A stretch of DNA of 64,000 nt from an uncultured Planctomycetia bacterium (GTDB lineage: Bacteria > Planctomycetota > Planctomycetia > Pirellulales > Thermoguttaceae), in NCBI GenBank assembly GCA_963779975.1, contig CAWAAL010000024.1, forward strand, positions 57,153 through 121,152, given 5' to 3'. The notes under the pieces were generated by a model. It had not been told where the DNA came from and ran no database searches. It saw only the letters and a program-made list of their open reading frames with translations. The translations under genes were made by a program, and so were the position numbers. Numbering within the stretch: position 1 is the first letter of the stretch; every line of letters begins with the position of its first letter. Of this stretch, positions 10,837 through 20,790 are shown one piece after another.

Positions 10837-11241
10837 CTACTTCTTCTTAACGTCGCGGAGCATCGGCGACTCGGCCAGGGTGAAGAGAACGACCTCCTCG
10901 CCGGTGACGGTGCTAATGTCGTGGTGCATGCTCCGCACCTTGATGCCGGTGATCTCCTGGACCAGCGTTTCCAAGATCGGACGGGCCGTTTCGATCAGAT
11001 GCGTCCGCACTTGCTTGAGCAGGTCGCGCCCCTTCTCGGCAGAGAGCGACTTGACGAGTTGCTGCTCGGCGGCGGTCAAAACGCCTTGCAGGCGGACCAC
11101 GAGCAGATCGCCGAGCAGGTGCGCGTGAATATCCTTGGGTCCCCGGCCCATATAGTCCTGCTCGAAGCGTGTCACTGCTTCGCAGACGGCGGATTCGATC
11201 TCTCCGTGGGTTCTCATGGCAATTTCTCGCTGGGTTCTCAA
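10837..11241 (-). CDS. standalone DUF2294-like protein (134 aa)
   Basis: 'EIESAVCEAVTRFEQDYMGRGPKDIHAHLLGDLLVVRLQGVLTAAEQQLVKS...SMHHDISTVTGEEVVLFTLAESPMLRDVKKK'; stop TAG (plus-strand cta at 10837-39). Confidence 0.65.
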   Translation of the reverse strand: MRTQREIAMRTHGEIESAVCEAVTRFEQDYMGRGPKDIHAHLLGDLLVVRLQGVLTAAEQQLVKSLSAEKGRDLLKQVRTHLIETARPILETLVQEITGIKVRSMHHDISTVTGEEVVLFTLAESPMLRDVKKK

Positions 11242-11414
11242 GAAAGTGGATTATAGCAGATGAACGAAGTTGAGGAAAGCGGTCGAGTAACGCCCTTGAA
11301 CCAGTGGAAGGTCGATCGCCCCGGCGTTCTTGCCAGTCGGGTTATAGCCAGTCGGCAAGGGATCGCTAAAATATAGATGTAACCGCTCCAAAGAGCTTGA
11401 ATGCTCGGATTACG

Positions 11415-11530
11415 ATGAATGTTTGTCGGATGACTAGATGAAATACAACCCGGCCTTGCCGGGGGGTTCGTTGAAGAGTAAGCCGACGTGGCCGAATACC
11501 TGCGGGTGTTCCGCCACGTCGGCTTTTTTG
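11415..11530 (+). ncRNA. multi-copy RNA element, copy 2 (5'-partial: lacks canonical promoter and 5' hairpin; has core + terminator)
   Basis: tgtcggatgactagatgaaatacaacccggccttgccggggggttcgttgaagagtaagccgacgtggccgaatacctgcgggtgttccgccacgtcggcttttttg. Confidence 0.55.
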
Positions 11531-11604
11531 TTTCCGTGGTGCAAGACGGTCGGAATCCATTCACGGAAGGCTACTTCTCGGCCCAAGCATTGGAGGATAG
11601 GATC

Positions 11605-11883
11605 ATGTTGTTCTTGGCGCAATCACTACTCACGATGGCGGGCTTTGAGTACGACGAAATCGACGAAACCTGGGTAGCGCGAATGCCGTTGCGTCCTCTT
11701 GTGGCGGTCGAATGCGACGAGGATCGAGCTTACGTCCGGGAGGCGCTGAGGGAGGTCCAAGCGAGTCTTGACGCTATCGGCTGCGCCTACGACAACTACT
11801 TCGTGGTCAACGGCCGCTTCGTCTCCGTCCCAGGGCCTAGCGCCCGTGCGGCTACGGGTCTGGACGAACAGGATGACGGTTAA
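11605..11883 (+). CDS. hypothetical acidic small protein (92 aa) downstream of element copy 2
   Basis: RBS ggaggatagg before ATG 11605; protein-like composition; overlaps antisense ORF 11626..12048 whose first ~50 codons also look coding (unresolved). Confidence 0.35.
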   Translation: MLFLAQSLLTMAGFEYDEIDETWVARMPLRPLVAVECDEDRAYVREALREVQASLDAIGCAYDNYFVVNGRFVSVPGPSARAATGLDEQDDG

Positions 11884-12071
11884 AGTCGTCCCCATCCTGT
11901 GCAGGGCAGGATCGGATCGAGCCCGCTCAGCCAATGTCTCGTCAATCTGATGGATCATCCGGCAGGATCGGTCCATCAGGTCCCTCGCCTCCTGTTCATT
12001 GATCTTCAGGTTCCACTTCACGTCGTTGAGCCGCAGGTTACCACACAACTGAAGACCGTAATCGTGCGCGC

Positions 12072-12248
12072 CTACCCGGTCACGTTCTTCACGGCTTTCT
12101 TTACCGCGCAGGCAGCCTTTTGGACGGCCTGCTTCGCCTTCCCGACCACTTGGTCGGTCTTTCCTTCGTCACGAAGCTTGTCGTTGCCGGTCAGCGCCCC
12201 GGCGGCTTCCTTGATTCGACCCTTCACCACGTCTGTCTTGCCACCCAT
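12072..12248 (-). CDS. CsbD-family general stress protein (58 aa; below the ORF-track length cutoff)
   Basis: reverse-complement translation MGGKTDVVKGRIKEAAGALTGNDKLRDEGKTDQVVGKAKQAVQKAACAVKKAVKNVTG*; RBS ggagtcacc upstream. Confidence 0.6.
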   Translation of the reverse strand: MGGKTDVVKGRIKEAAGALTGNDKLRDEGKTDQVVGKAKQAVQKAACAVKKAVKNVTG

Positions 12249-12574
12249 GATGGTGACTCCTTTCCTATAAAGCCCGGAATGGAGAATGCAACAGGTAGGG
12301 CCAATGCAGCGAATTTCGGACGTAAGTGCTTCAAAGTGAAGTGGTTCCGCCGATGGCTGCGGTCATTCTCTGTGCCTCGCTGGGGAACAAACTGTTTCCA
12401 GCCAAGATGAAACAGGCCCAGCAATTCGGTCCATGCCGTCTCGTTGGATGGCAGCGGCACGAAGGGCAGCGTAGCCGACAGGCAAGGCTTCCCTTTCATG
12501 AACAAATGCCCTATTGGTTGTATTTAATTACAGCAGCCAAAGCAGGGGCCCACAAGGGTCCGGCGCCAGGAAAG

Positions 12575-12672
12575 GACCTGAACGGCTACTTCTTCTTTAC
12601 GTCGCGGAGAATGAGCGACTCGGCGCGGGTGAAGAGAACGACCTCCTCGCCGGTGACGGTGCTGATGTCGTT
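12575..12672 (-). pseudogene. 3' fragment (~27 codons + 10 nt downstream) of a DUF2294 gene, co-duplicated with element copy 3
   Basis: ctgaacggctacttcttctttacgtcgcggagaatgagcgactcggcgcgggtgaagagaacgacctcctcgccggtgacggtgctgatgtcg matches the 3' end of gene 10837..11241; rc encodes ...DISTVTGEEVVLFTRAESLILRDVKKK*. Confidence 0.6.
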
Positions 12673-12694
12673 TGAAAGAAAGCCAAAAGCTCTA

Positions 12695-12880
12695 TTGCCT
12701 TCGCCGCGTAGCGGCGTATGATAGTTGTATTGGGAGAATCGCGGCGCACTTGATCGCGACCTTTCAACGCAATTGTCGGATGACTAGATAGAGAGCAACC
12801 TGGATGTGCCAGGGGGCTCGTTGAAGAGTAAGCCGACGTGGTCGAATGCCTTCGGGTGTTCCGCCACGTCGGCTTTTTTC
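12695..12880 (+). ncRNA. multi-copy promoter-RNA element, copy 3
   Basis: -35 TTGCCT 12695-700, -10 TATGAT 12717-22 (16-bp spacer); 5' hairpin; core with compensatory cctggatgtgccagg hairpin; terminator gccgacgtgg...ccacgtcggcTTTTTT (12874-79). Confidence 0.65.
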
Positions 12881-12953
12881 GTTTTCGGTGTTGCGGGAAC
12901 AGTCGCAACGACCGAGCATGGTCCTTGGACAATCTCAAAAAGGGAGAGTTATC

Positions 12954-13028
12954 ATGTACATCGGTGGCGGATTGGTTACGCTTGTGATCATCGTCTTGGT
13001 TGTCATGTTCCTCGTTCGCGGCTCTTGA
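12954..13028 (+). CDS. possible 24-aa hydrophobic peptide (MYIGGGLVTLVIIVLVVMFLVRGS), resembles the C-terminal half of DUF3309
   Basis: RBS aaaagggagag 6 nt before ATG 12954. Confidence 0.25.
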   Translation: MYIGGGLVTLVIIVLVVMFLVRGS

Positions 13029-13075
13029 GCGTTCACGAAAGCAAGAACGAATCACAATTCACAAAGGATACTATC

Positions 13076-14764
13076 ATGACCGTACGTCACATTTGCCCAT
13101 GGTGCAGAGTCGCCGCACTGGCAACCCTGGGCGCAATAGTTGGCTTGCACAAGGCTACCGCCGTACCGCCGGGCCCGACGGATGCCGCGGATGGGATACA
13201 AGTGCTCACGCGCGGGCCGGTGCATGAGGCCTTCGCGGAAACGGTGACCTTCGATCCGCAACCGGGCATCGTGGCGCCGAAAGCGCCGCCGGCCGCCATC
13301 GAAGAACTTCCGCCGGACCAGAAACCGGAGGGGGCCAACATCGCCTGGATCCCCGGCTACTGGGCCTGGGACGACGAACGAAGCGACTTCCTTTGGGTCA
13401 GCGGCATCTGGCGCGACCTTCCGCCGAGCCGCCAATGGGTGCCCGGTTATTGGGACCAGTCCGGGCAAGGCTACCAATGGACTTCCGGGTACTGGGCGGA
13501 TGCCCAGGCGAGTAACGTGCAATATTTGCCCGAACCGCCTGTGACCGCCGAAGCCGGTCCCAACATTCCGTCGCCTTCGCCGGACGACACTTGGCTGCCG
13601 GGAAGTTGGCTGTGGCAGCAAAACCGCTATGCTTGGCGTCCCGGTCTCTGGGCCACCGCACATCCGGATTGGGAGTGGGTTCCCGCCCATTACCTATGGG
13701 CTCATCGCGGCTATGTTTTTGTCGACGGCTACTGGGATTACTCCATCGGCCGCCGCGGCGTACTGTTTGCGCCAGTGTATTTCAGTGCGGGCATGTATAC
13801 GCAGCCCCGTTTCTCCTATTCGCCCGCGACGGTGATCGATCTGGATGTTTTCACCAACTGTCTGTTCTTGAGGCCGCAATATCAACACTACTATTTCGGC
13901 GACTACTACGCCGACAATTATCAAGCAGCGGGGTTCTACCCGTCGTATTCGTACAACTCCGGCCGCCATGGCTACGATCCGATTTTCACCCACGAGCGCT
14001 GGCAGCATCGCCAGGACGGACAGTGGGAGCGTCGCATTGCGGCCGACTTCCAGAACCGCCGCGATCACGCGGATGCCCGACCGCCGCGGACGTTGGCGGC
14101 GCAAACAGCATTCAGGGCCGGCGAGGCGACGTCCGGAAAGAGGAGTCCCGTGCTGGCCGTGCCGTTCTCCCAATTCACGAAGAGTCAGAATAGTCCGCTG
14201 CGATTCCAGCCGGTCGATTCGTTGGAGCGACAAAAGCTGGTTCAGCACGTGCAAGCGGTGCAACGATTCCGCGAGCAGCGGCAGAAACTGGAGAACCAAG
14301 CAGCGGCGCCCTCAGCCGCCTCAGCGGCGAGACAATTCGCGCCGGCCAACGGGAGACTTCCCACCTCTCCGATCGCGACGAGGTCAAACACGGAACTCGG
14401 CAAGGATCACGTTCCACCCCAGATGCATGTAGCTCCCAAGCCGGATCTCACGGTCGAGGCCAAGCCGAGAGCGACTCCATCGCTGGAGAAACCGCAGCAA
14501 CGCACCGTGAACCGGCTGCCGCTCGATACGCCGAAACCTGAACCCCGGGCCGAACGGCCGGCACCGAAAGCGGAACCCCGGGTCGAACGGCCGGCACCGA
14601 AAGCGGAACCCCCGGTCGAACGGCCGGCACCGAAACCTGAACCCCAGGTCGAACGCCCAGCGCCGAAACCTGAACCCCAGGTCGAACGCCCAGCGCCGAA
14701 ACCGCCGGCAGAGCGACCGGCAGCGGGACCGAACCGAAATGGACAAAAGGAAAAGGGTAAATAG
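13076..14764 (+). CDS. secreted Trp-rich repeat protein with Pro/Glu-rich C-terminal tandem 11-aa repeats
   Basis: signal peptide 'MTVRHICPWCRVAALATLGAIVGLHKA'; repeated 'GYWxW/SGxW' modules; 5x33-bp DNA tandem repeat 14540..14704 encoding (EP)RVERPAPKA. Confidence 0.6.
   Translation: MTVRHICPWCRVAALATLGAIVGLHKATAVPPGPTDAADGIQVLTRGPVHEAFAETVTFDPQPGIVAPKAPPAAIEELPPDQKPEGANIAWIPGYWAWDDERSDFLWVSGIWRDLPPSRQWVPGYWDQSGQGYQWTSGYWADAQASNVQYLPEPPVTAEAGPNIPSPSPDDTWLPGSWLWQQNRYAWRPGLWATAHPDWEWVPAHYLWAHRGYVFVDGYWDYSIGRRGVLFAPVYFSAGMYTQPRFSYSPATVIDLDVFTNCLFLRPQYQHYYFGDYYADNYQAAGFYPSYSYNSGRHGYDPIFTHERWQHRQDGQWERRIAADFQNRRDHADARPPRTLAAQTAFRAGEATSGKRSPVLAVPFSQFTKSQNSPLRFQPVDSLERQKLVQHVQAVQRFREQRQKLENQAAAPSAASAARQFAPANGRLPTSPIATRSNTELGKDHVPPQMHVAPKPDLTVEAKPRATPSLEKPQQRTVNRLPLDTPKPEPRAERPAPKAEPRVERPAPKAEPPVERPAPKPEPQVERPAPKPEPQVERPAPKPPAERPAAGPNRNGQKEKGK
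14540..14704 (+). repeat. 5 x 33-bp tandem repeat (coding, Pro-rich linker)
   Basis: gaaccccgggccgaacggccggcaccgaaagcg unit repeated with a few substitutions. Confidence 0.8.
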
Positions 14765-15041
14765 GTCGTCGTGGTTGAGCCTTGACGGCAAGAACACGAC
14801 CGGCTGTGTGCTCGGCGAGCAGTTCGGCAGGTCGAAGGAAGTGAAACGACTTGCCTTTGCCAGAAAGGCACGAGCAAAAACAAGACCGTGACGACGACCA
14901 CTCAGACCAAGGACGGTAAGACAGCAGGCGGGACGACCACGAACGACACGAAGACAAAAACCACTGCTCCTCCCGCTGGCGGCAAGGCGACTGAAAAGAC
15001 GACCGAAACGACCACCGAGACGACCAAGTAGGTTTTGCGAA

Positions 15042-15096
15042 AGCGTTTTCTGAATGCTAGGTATAACCCCTACGCATTCAGAAACGCTATTTTATC
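15042..15096. terminator. strong hairpin (16-bp perfect stem, 16-nt loop) followed by a T-rich tract; likely bidirectional terminator
   Basis: agcgttttctgaatgc taggtataaccccta gcattcagaaacgct attttatcc. Confidence 0.5.
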
Positions 15097-16311
15097 CTTG
15101 CTTCGCCCGAAGAAATACGAGCTGGAGATTCACGGCGCGAAGGTGAAACCAGGCTTCGAGGTCGATCCCGATGTCCCGGCCTGTCATTCGGAGGTGCGGG
15201 AACGTGTCCATAGGGTCCGGTCAGATCGCCTGTCGCCTTGCGGTTTGAGTCCTTATGACACGCCTTGGCGGCGGAACGACACCGGCCTTGCTGTGCCCAG
15301 TCCCACCGGGCAACCGTCGCTGAACGCCGCACTTTCGCCTCAATCTTCAGCGCCGGAGTCCAATTTTCCCGAACTACAGGCCATTCCCGATCTCGGCCCC
15401 CCGTCGTTCCCCGAAACGAATGGGCGGGAAGGCACGAGCCCGGCCGAGCCAGCCCTTGACCTGACTCGCAGCGTCGGACGGCCGGTCGCGCTTCCGCAGC
15501 AAACGTACACCCGCTCGTCGGAGTTATCCGACCGCTTGACGCAGATCGCACGCGGCAAGGGCATGCTCCCCGGTCAGGGCATCAACGTCTGCTCATAAGC
15601 AACGGCATCGCCCTCATGCACGGCACCGTCCGCACGCCCGGCGACTGCGTCCTGCTGGCGAACGTCCTGGCTCTCGAACCGGAGGTGCGGCAGATTGACA
15701 ACCGCTTGGTCGCCTTCGGTCCTCGGTAGGCTTTTTGGGCGATCGCCGGTGGCCGTTCGGGGTTCCGTGGCATTGACGCTTTGCGGGCGCTATCGTCGCT
15801 TGTACGCACTCCAGGGGGTAACTGGACGGGATTTCGCTGGTGTCGGCCGGCAAGGCCGGGTTCAGGCGATTACCGGGTCGATCGAGATTGTTGGCTGCGG
15901 CACGAATTGACCCGCCGACCTGAAACAGGGCGCGTAGCGTCGGTCCTGCACCACGGCATCCGGTCGAACCACCACCAGACGGCGCCCATGGCCACGAATT
16001 TGGCGGACCACGAGCACGGATTCCGCATTAAGAAGTGGACACCGAATGAGAGTGATGCCCAGAGTGCTGGGCCGGATCAGAAGGACAATGGGCCATGGCA
16101 GAAAGTGAAACCTTCCGGGCGCTGCACGACAACAGTACGACACCAAAGACAAACAGTGCGGCGCTCGGAGGTTCCTCCCGCGCCGGAAAAGCCGAGCCGA
16201 CACCTGTGCCAATGGCGCCGCACGCATGCGCGCTACAGTACCTCATTTCCATCATCAAGAACTCGCAACGCAGGAGCCCGTCACAATAGAACGACTGAAG
16301 GATGGTGCCTC

Positions 16312-17763
16312 ATGGTAACAATGGACAAGTCCGAACCGGGGTCGATTCGCACCTATCTGATGCAAATGGGCGACATCCCTCTGCTCAGCCGGAGCGAGGA
16401 GTTGGCGACAGCTCGTCAAATCGACAAGACTCGCGGTCGGCTGCGGCGTGGCATGTTGTCCGCCCACTTTATCCTTCACGCGGCGATCGCCGCGGCGGAA
16501 GAAGTCCTGAGCGGCAAGCTGCGGTGGGACCAGGTGATCGAGTTATCGAACGATGATCCCAGGAAGGGGCAGATAACTCAGCTCTTGGAGACGAATTGCC
16601 GGACGCTCGGTCAGCTCCTGCGCTTGAACCGGAATGATTTCCGCATCGCCGTCGGTCATCGGAAGCATTCGCCGGACGATCGTCGGGCCGCACGGCGGCG
16701 GCTAGTCCATCGCCGTCGAAGGGCGGCGTCGTTGATCGAGGAAGTCGCGGTGCGAATGCCCTGCATGCAGTCGGCGCTGACCACGCTCAGGCAGATGTCC
16801 GAACGGATGACCGCCGTCGCCGTAGCGCGGGCGAAAGTGCAATCGGTTGCTGGCGAAGAACACCAACTTGAAGAGCTGCGCAAGGAAATGCGCTGCCTGA
16901 TGCGGGTCACGCAGGAAACCCCAGCCACGTTGCGCCGACACTTGACGCGGATCGCGGCGATGAGCAAAGAGCATGCAGCGGCCCGCCGCGACCTGGCGGC
17001 GGGCAACCTCCGTCTGGTCGTCTCGATCGCCAAGCGATACCGCAATCGCGGGCTGAGCTTGTTGGACCTGATCCAGGAAGGTAATACCGGCCTGATGCGG
17101 GCCGTCGATAAGTTCGAGTCCGCCCGCGGCTTCCGCTTCTCGACCTACGCTACCTGGTGGATCCGCCAGGCCATGAGCCGGGCGATCGCCGACCAGAGCC
17201 GGACCATCCGCGTGCCGGTCCACATGATCGAAAAGATGGGCAAGGTCCGCGACATCAATCGCGATCTGGTTCACAACGAGGGCCGCGAACCGACCCTGGA
17301 GGAAGTGGCCCAACTCAGCGGGCTGTCGATCGCCGACACGCAGCGGGCCTTGAAGATGAGCCGGCAACCGCTTTCCTTGGACCAACCCGTGGGCCATCAG
17401 GAAGAGAACTTCCTTGGCGACCTGCTCTTCGATCATCGCGAAGAAGATCCGCTGGCCGGCATGAACCAGGCCATGCTTCGTTCGAGCATCACCGACGTTT
17501 TGCAGACGCTCGACTATCGCGAGCGGGAGATCCTGCGGCTGCGCTACGGGCTGGCCGACGGCTACACCTCGACACTGCAGGAGATCGGCCGGATCTTCTC
17601 CGTCACCCGGGAGCGGGTCCGCCAGATCGAGTCCGAGGCGATCCGCAAGCTCCAGCGTCCGGCTCTGTCTCGCAAACTCGCAGGCTTTCTGGATGAGCAG
17701 ATCCCGCTGCTGAGCAACATCAACTTCGGTCTCAGCGGGATCGCCATGGCCGGGAATTTGTGA
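16312..17763 (+). CDS. RpoD-family sigma-70 factor (regions 1.2, 2, 3, 4)
   Basis: '[54 protein letters not shown]', '[30 protein letters not shown]'; RBS aaggatgg before ATG 16312. Confidence 0.85.
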   Translation: MVTMDKSEPGSIRTYLMQMGDIPLLSRSEELATARQIDKTRGRLRRGMLSAHFILHAAIAAAEEVLSGKLRWDQVIELSNDDPRKGQITQLLETNCRTLGQLLRLNRNDFRIAVGHRKHSPDDRRAARRRLVHRRRRAASLIEEVAVRMPCMQSALTTLRQMSERMTAVAVARAKVQSVAGEEHQLEELRKEMRCLMRVTQETPATLRRHLTRIAAMSKEHAAARRDLAAGNLRLVVSIAKRYRNRGLSLLDLIQEGNTGLMRAVDKFESARGFRFSTYATWWIRQAMSRAIADQSRTIRVPVHMIEKMGKVRDINRDLVHNEGREPTLEEVAQLSGLSIADTQRALKMSRQPLSLDQPVGHQEENFLGDLLFDHREEDPLAGMNQAMLRSSITDVLQTLDYREREILRLRYGLADGYTSTLQEIGRIFSVTRERVRQIESEAIRKLQRPALSRKLAGFLDEQIPLLSNINFGLSGIAMAGNL

Positions 17764-17954
17764 CGGCCTGCCGGGACCGACTGGCAGTGGTCCATCTCCG
17801 CTTCCTTGCCGGCGCAACCATCTTGGACGGCAGAGCCTTGGCGATAAATGGCGCGGTAACACTCGATGACAACACGATCACCGCGCCAAGTTCGGTTCCA
17901 GAACCCGTATCCCTAAGCCCCATTGCCTTTGCCCTTTGGCGGCGTAAAATGTGA
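17764..17954 (+). pseudogene. C-terminal remnant of a DUF3494 (ice-binding-like) protein with PEP-CTERM-like tail; 5' part missing (abuts the sigma gene stop)
   Basis: 'ATILDGRALAINGAVTLDDNTITAP' vs 'ATILNGRALAQTGAVTMDTNTISNV' in the 18149..20779 protein; tail 'SSVPEPVSLSPIAFALWRRKM*' where the last codons coincide with the -35/spacer/-10 of element copy 4. Confidence 0.5.
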
Positions 17955-18105
17955 GTGTTGGAAGAGTCGCATGGCAGATCGCGCTGCTCCAACGTAATTG
18001 TCGGATGACTAGAAAGAGGGCAACCCGGCCCTGCCGGGGGGCTCGTTAGCGAGTAAGCCGACGTGGTCGAATACCTCCGGGTGTTCCGCCACGTCGGCTT
18101 TTTTC
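17924..18105 (+). ncRNA. multi-copy promoter-RNA element, copy 4 (complete)
   Basis: -35 TTGCCT 17924-29, -10 TAAAAT 17945-50; 5' hairpin gttggaagagtcgcatggcagatcgcgctgctccaac; core; terminator with TTTTTT 18099-104; gene ATG at 18149. Confidence 0.7.
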
Positions 18106-18148
18106 GTGCTTGGTTGCGCATCACAGTCACTTCACACGGAGACCCACG

Positions 18149-20779
18149 ATGTTCTGCCCGAGTTTCGCTCCCCTGTTCGGAAATTCCTGGTCTCGCAAGC
18201 GCACCCGCCGGACGCCGGTTGCGAAACGCCTCACTCGGCCGCTGTCGCTGCTTCGCCTGGAATACCTGGAAGATCGCCGAATGCTCACGAGTATTCTGGG
18301 CTCGGCGGGGAGTTTCGCGGTTCTGGGCGCCTCGACGGTGACCAATACCGGCCCGACCACCATCACCGGAAATCTGGGTGTGTACGCGGGTAGTTCGATC
18401 ACGGGCCTGGGGAGCATCACGATCACGGGAACGGTACACCAAACGGATGCGGTCGCGCAGTTGGCGCAGGCCGATAACACCACCGCGTACAATGGTCTGG
18501 CGAACATGCCGTTCAACAGCGACTTGACGGGCGAGGATCTGGGTGGACTCACGCTCGTGTCGGGCGTCTATCATTTTGACTCGGCGGCCCAGTTGACGGG
18601 AACACTCACGCTCAACGCCCAGGGCAACAACAATGCGTTCTGGGTTTTCCAGATAGGGAGCGGGCTGACGACCGCCAGCAACTCGGCGGTTCAGGTGATC
18701 AATTTCGGTTCGAATGGCGGTTCCGATGACGGCGTGTTCTGGCAGGTCGGCAGTTCCGCCACGCTCGGCACCGCCACTTCGTTCGAAGGGAATATTCTCG
18801 CGCTGGCGAGCATCACCCTCAACACCACCGCAACCATTCTGAACGGCAGGGCCTTGGCGCAAACCGGCGCGGTGACGATGGATACCAACACCATCAGTAA
18901 CGTCTGCCCGCTGGGCGGCCCCGGTAACGGCGGCCCCGGCTACAGCGGCGGCCTTGAGTTCAATCCCATTGGCAAAGTCGTGCCCGTTACCCCGGGCGTC
19001 ATCCCGCCAACCGGGCCAGGCGTCATCGGCGGCATGAAGTTCGACGACCTGAACGGGAGTGGGGTGCAGAATGCCGCCGATCCGGGCCTGGCGGGGTGGA
19101 CGGTTTACGTAGACTACAACGACAACGGCGTGTTCGACAGCGCCACGGAGCCGTCGGCAGTGACGGGCCCGGGGGGAACGTATACGATCACGGGCGTGAC
19201 GCCGGGCACCTGGAAGGTGCGGGAAGTCGGCCAGACAGGCTGGACGACCTCGCTTCCTGCGACAAGCGACGTCTACGGCGCCTACCAGCTAGTCACCGTG
19301 CCGGCGAACGGGTCGTTGGTAGGGGTCGAATTCGGCAATTATGAGCAGACCTCGATCCACGGCTACAAGTTCAACGACCTGAACGGCAACGGCGTGGACA
19401 ACAGCGAGCCGCGGCTTGCCGGCTGGACGATCGTGCTGGTCGGCACGACCGGCGCGGGCACTGCGGTCTCGACCACCACGACGACGGGAGCCGACGGCCA
19501 GTATTCGTTCACCGGCCTGGCGCCGGGAACCTACACCGTGAGCGAGCAGAACCAGACCGGCTGGACGCAATTGGCCGGCGGGGCGACGTTCACGCTCACC
19601 AGCGGCGAAGAGGCGGTGGCCTATACCGGTGAGGCGGGCACGCTGTTGCCCGGTCAGGCCGAGGTGCTCACTGCCGGGCTGGCCTTCGGCAACCATCATC
19701 GTAATGTGATCGTCATCGCGCAGGCCAAGAGTCCGAACACGCCGCAATTGGTCCGAGTGATCGACGAGGGGAGCGGGGCCGTGTTGTCGCAGTTCGCACC
19801 GTACGGCAAAACCTTCCAGGGCGGCATTCGGATCGCCACCGGCGATCTCATCGGCAATGGCGCCGACGAGATCGTTACGGCGCCCGGATGGAGCACGGTT
19901 GCGGTCGTCAAGGTGTACAGCCAGACGGGCGTTCTGCTGACGTCCTTCGATCCGTACGGCCCGACGTTCACGGGCGGCGTCCAGGTGGCGATCGCCGACG
20001 TCGATGGCGACGGGTTGAACGACATCATCACGGTTCCCAGCTACGGGCCTGCCGAGATGAAGGTGTTCCGGAACCTGGGCGTCGTGGGTGGAGTGCCCAC
20101 GTTCAATGCATCGCTGCCCTACAGGGAATTCCTCGCCTTTCCGTCGTCGTTCATCGGCGGCGCGGTGGTTACCGCGGCCGACATGGGAAGCACCCCGCTG
20201 GCAAACGGACCGTTCGTCCCCGGGCTGCTGGACGGGAAGGCGGAAATCGTCGTCGGGAGCGGCGCCGGCATGAAGACCACGGTGAAGGTGTTCGACGTTA
20301 GCCGCATGACCACACTCATGCCCAACAGTGTGGCCGCGGCCGTTGCGAGTTTCACTCCTTTCAGCACAGCCACTTTCACTTATAAAGGGGGGGTGTCGCT
20401 CAGCGTGGCGAGGATCAGCGCCAGTCTCACCCCGGACATCATCGTGGGGGCCGGCGTCGCCGGCAATTCCCTGGTGGACGTTTGGGCCTGGAACACTCCT
20501 TCCCCCACGTTGTCCAGTTTATCGGCCAATGGCATGGGCTTTGCCGCGTTCACCGGTCCGAGTCAAACCGCGCCGGTTGAGGTAGCGGCAATGGACACTG
20601 CCGGTAACGGCATCGCGGATACGATTATTGCCGTGCAGGGACCTGGTGGGACCACGGGCCAGATCCGCGCGTTCAAGATTACCAGCGTCTCGCCGCTCCA
20701 GGTTTCGCCACCCACGACAGTCCCCGGCAGCTATCTGCAACCCTATTTCATCGATCAGGTTTTCGCGGCATACGTGTGA
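18149..20779 (+). CDS. large secreted protein: DUF3494 (ice-binding-like) domain + 2 SdrD B-like/Cna-B-type domains + FG-GAP/VCBS repeats
   Basis: 'LGSAGSFAVLGASTVTNTGPTTITGNLGVYAGSSITG' (DUF3494 hallmark); 'DDLNGSGVQNAADPGLAGWTVYVDYNDNGVFD', 'NDLNGNGVDNSEPRLAGWTIVLVG' (SdrD-B-like); 'GDLIGNGADEIVTAPG', 'ADVDGDGLNDIITVP' (FG-GAP); N-terminal 'LRLEYLEDRRMLTS' motif. Confidence 0.75.
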   Translation: MFCPSFAPLFGNSWSRKRTRRTPVAKRLTRPLSLLRLEYLEDRRMLTSILGSAGSFAVLGASTVTNTGPTTITGNLGVYAGSSITGLGSITITGTVHQTDAVAQLAQADNTTAYNGLANMPFNSDLTGEDLGGLTLVSGVYHFDSAAQLTGTLTLNAQGNNNAFWVFQIGSGLTTASNSAVQVINFGSNGGSDDGVFWQVGSSATLGTATSFEGNILALASITLNTTATILNGRALAQTGAVTMDTNTISNVCPLGGPGNGGPGYSGGLEFNPIGKVVPVTPGVIPPTGPGVIGGMKFDDLNGSGVQNAADPGLAGWTVYVDYNDNGVFDSATEPSAVTGPGGTYTITGVTPGTWKVREVGQTGWTTSLPATSDVYGAYQLVTVPANGSLVGVEFGNYEQTSIHGYKFNDLNGNGVDNSEPRLAGWTIVLVGTTGAGTAVSTTTTTGADGQYSFTGLAPGTYTVSEQNQTGWTQLAGGATFTLTSGEEAVAYTGEAGTLLPGQAEVLTAGLAFGNHHRNVIVIAQAKSPNTPQLVRVIDEGSGAVLSQFAPYGKTFQGGIRIATGDLIGNGADEIVTAPGWSTVAVVKVYSQTGVLLTSFDPYGPTFTGGVQVAIADVDGDGLNDIITVPSYGPAEMKVFRNLGVVGGVPTFNASLPYREFLAFPSSFIGGAVVTAADMGSTPLANGPFVPGLLDGKAEIVVGSGAGMKTTVKVFDVSRMTTLMPNSVAAAVASFTPFSTATFTYKGGVSLSVARISASLTPDIIVGAGVAGNSLVDVWAWNTPSPTLSSLSANGMGFAAFTGPSQTAPVEVAAMDTAGNGIADTIIAVQGPGGTTGQIRAFKITSVSPLQVSPPTTVPGSYLQPYFIDQVFAAYV

Positions 20780-20790
20780 CGTGCAATGTC

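Noticed and set aside
15035-15598. ORF 15035..15598 (TTG start) as a protein-coding gene
   Set aside because: Its first 18 codons are the terminator hairpin itself; no homology, no RBS; the opposite-strand ORF is equally junk-like. Left unannotated; may be non-coding or a decayed gene.
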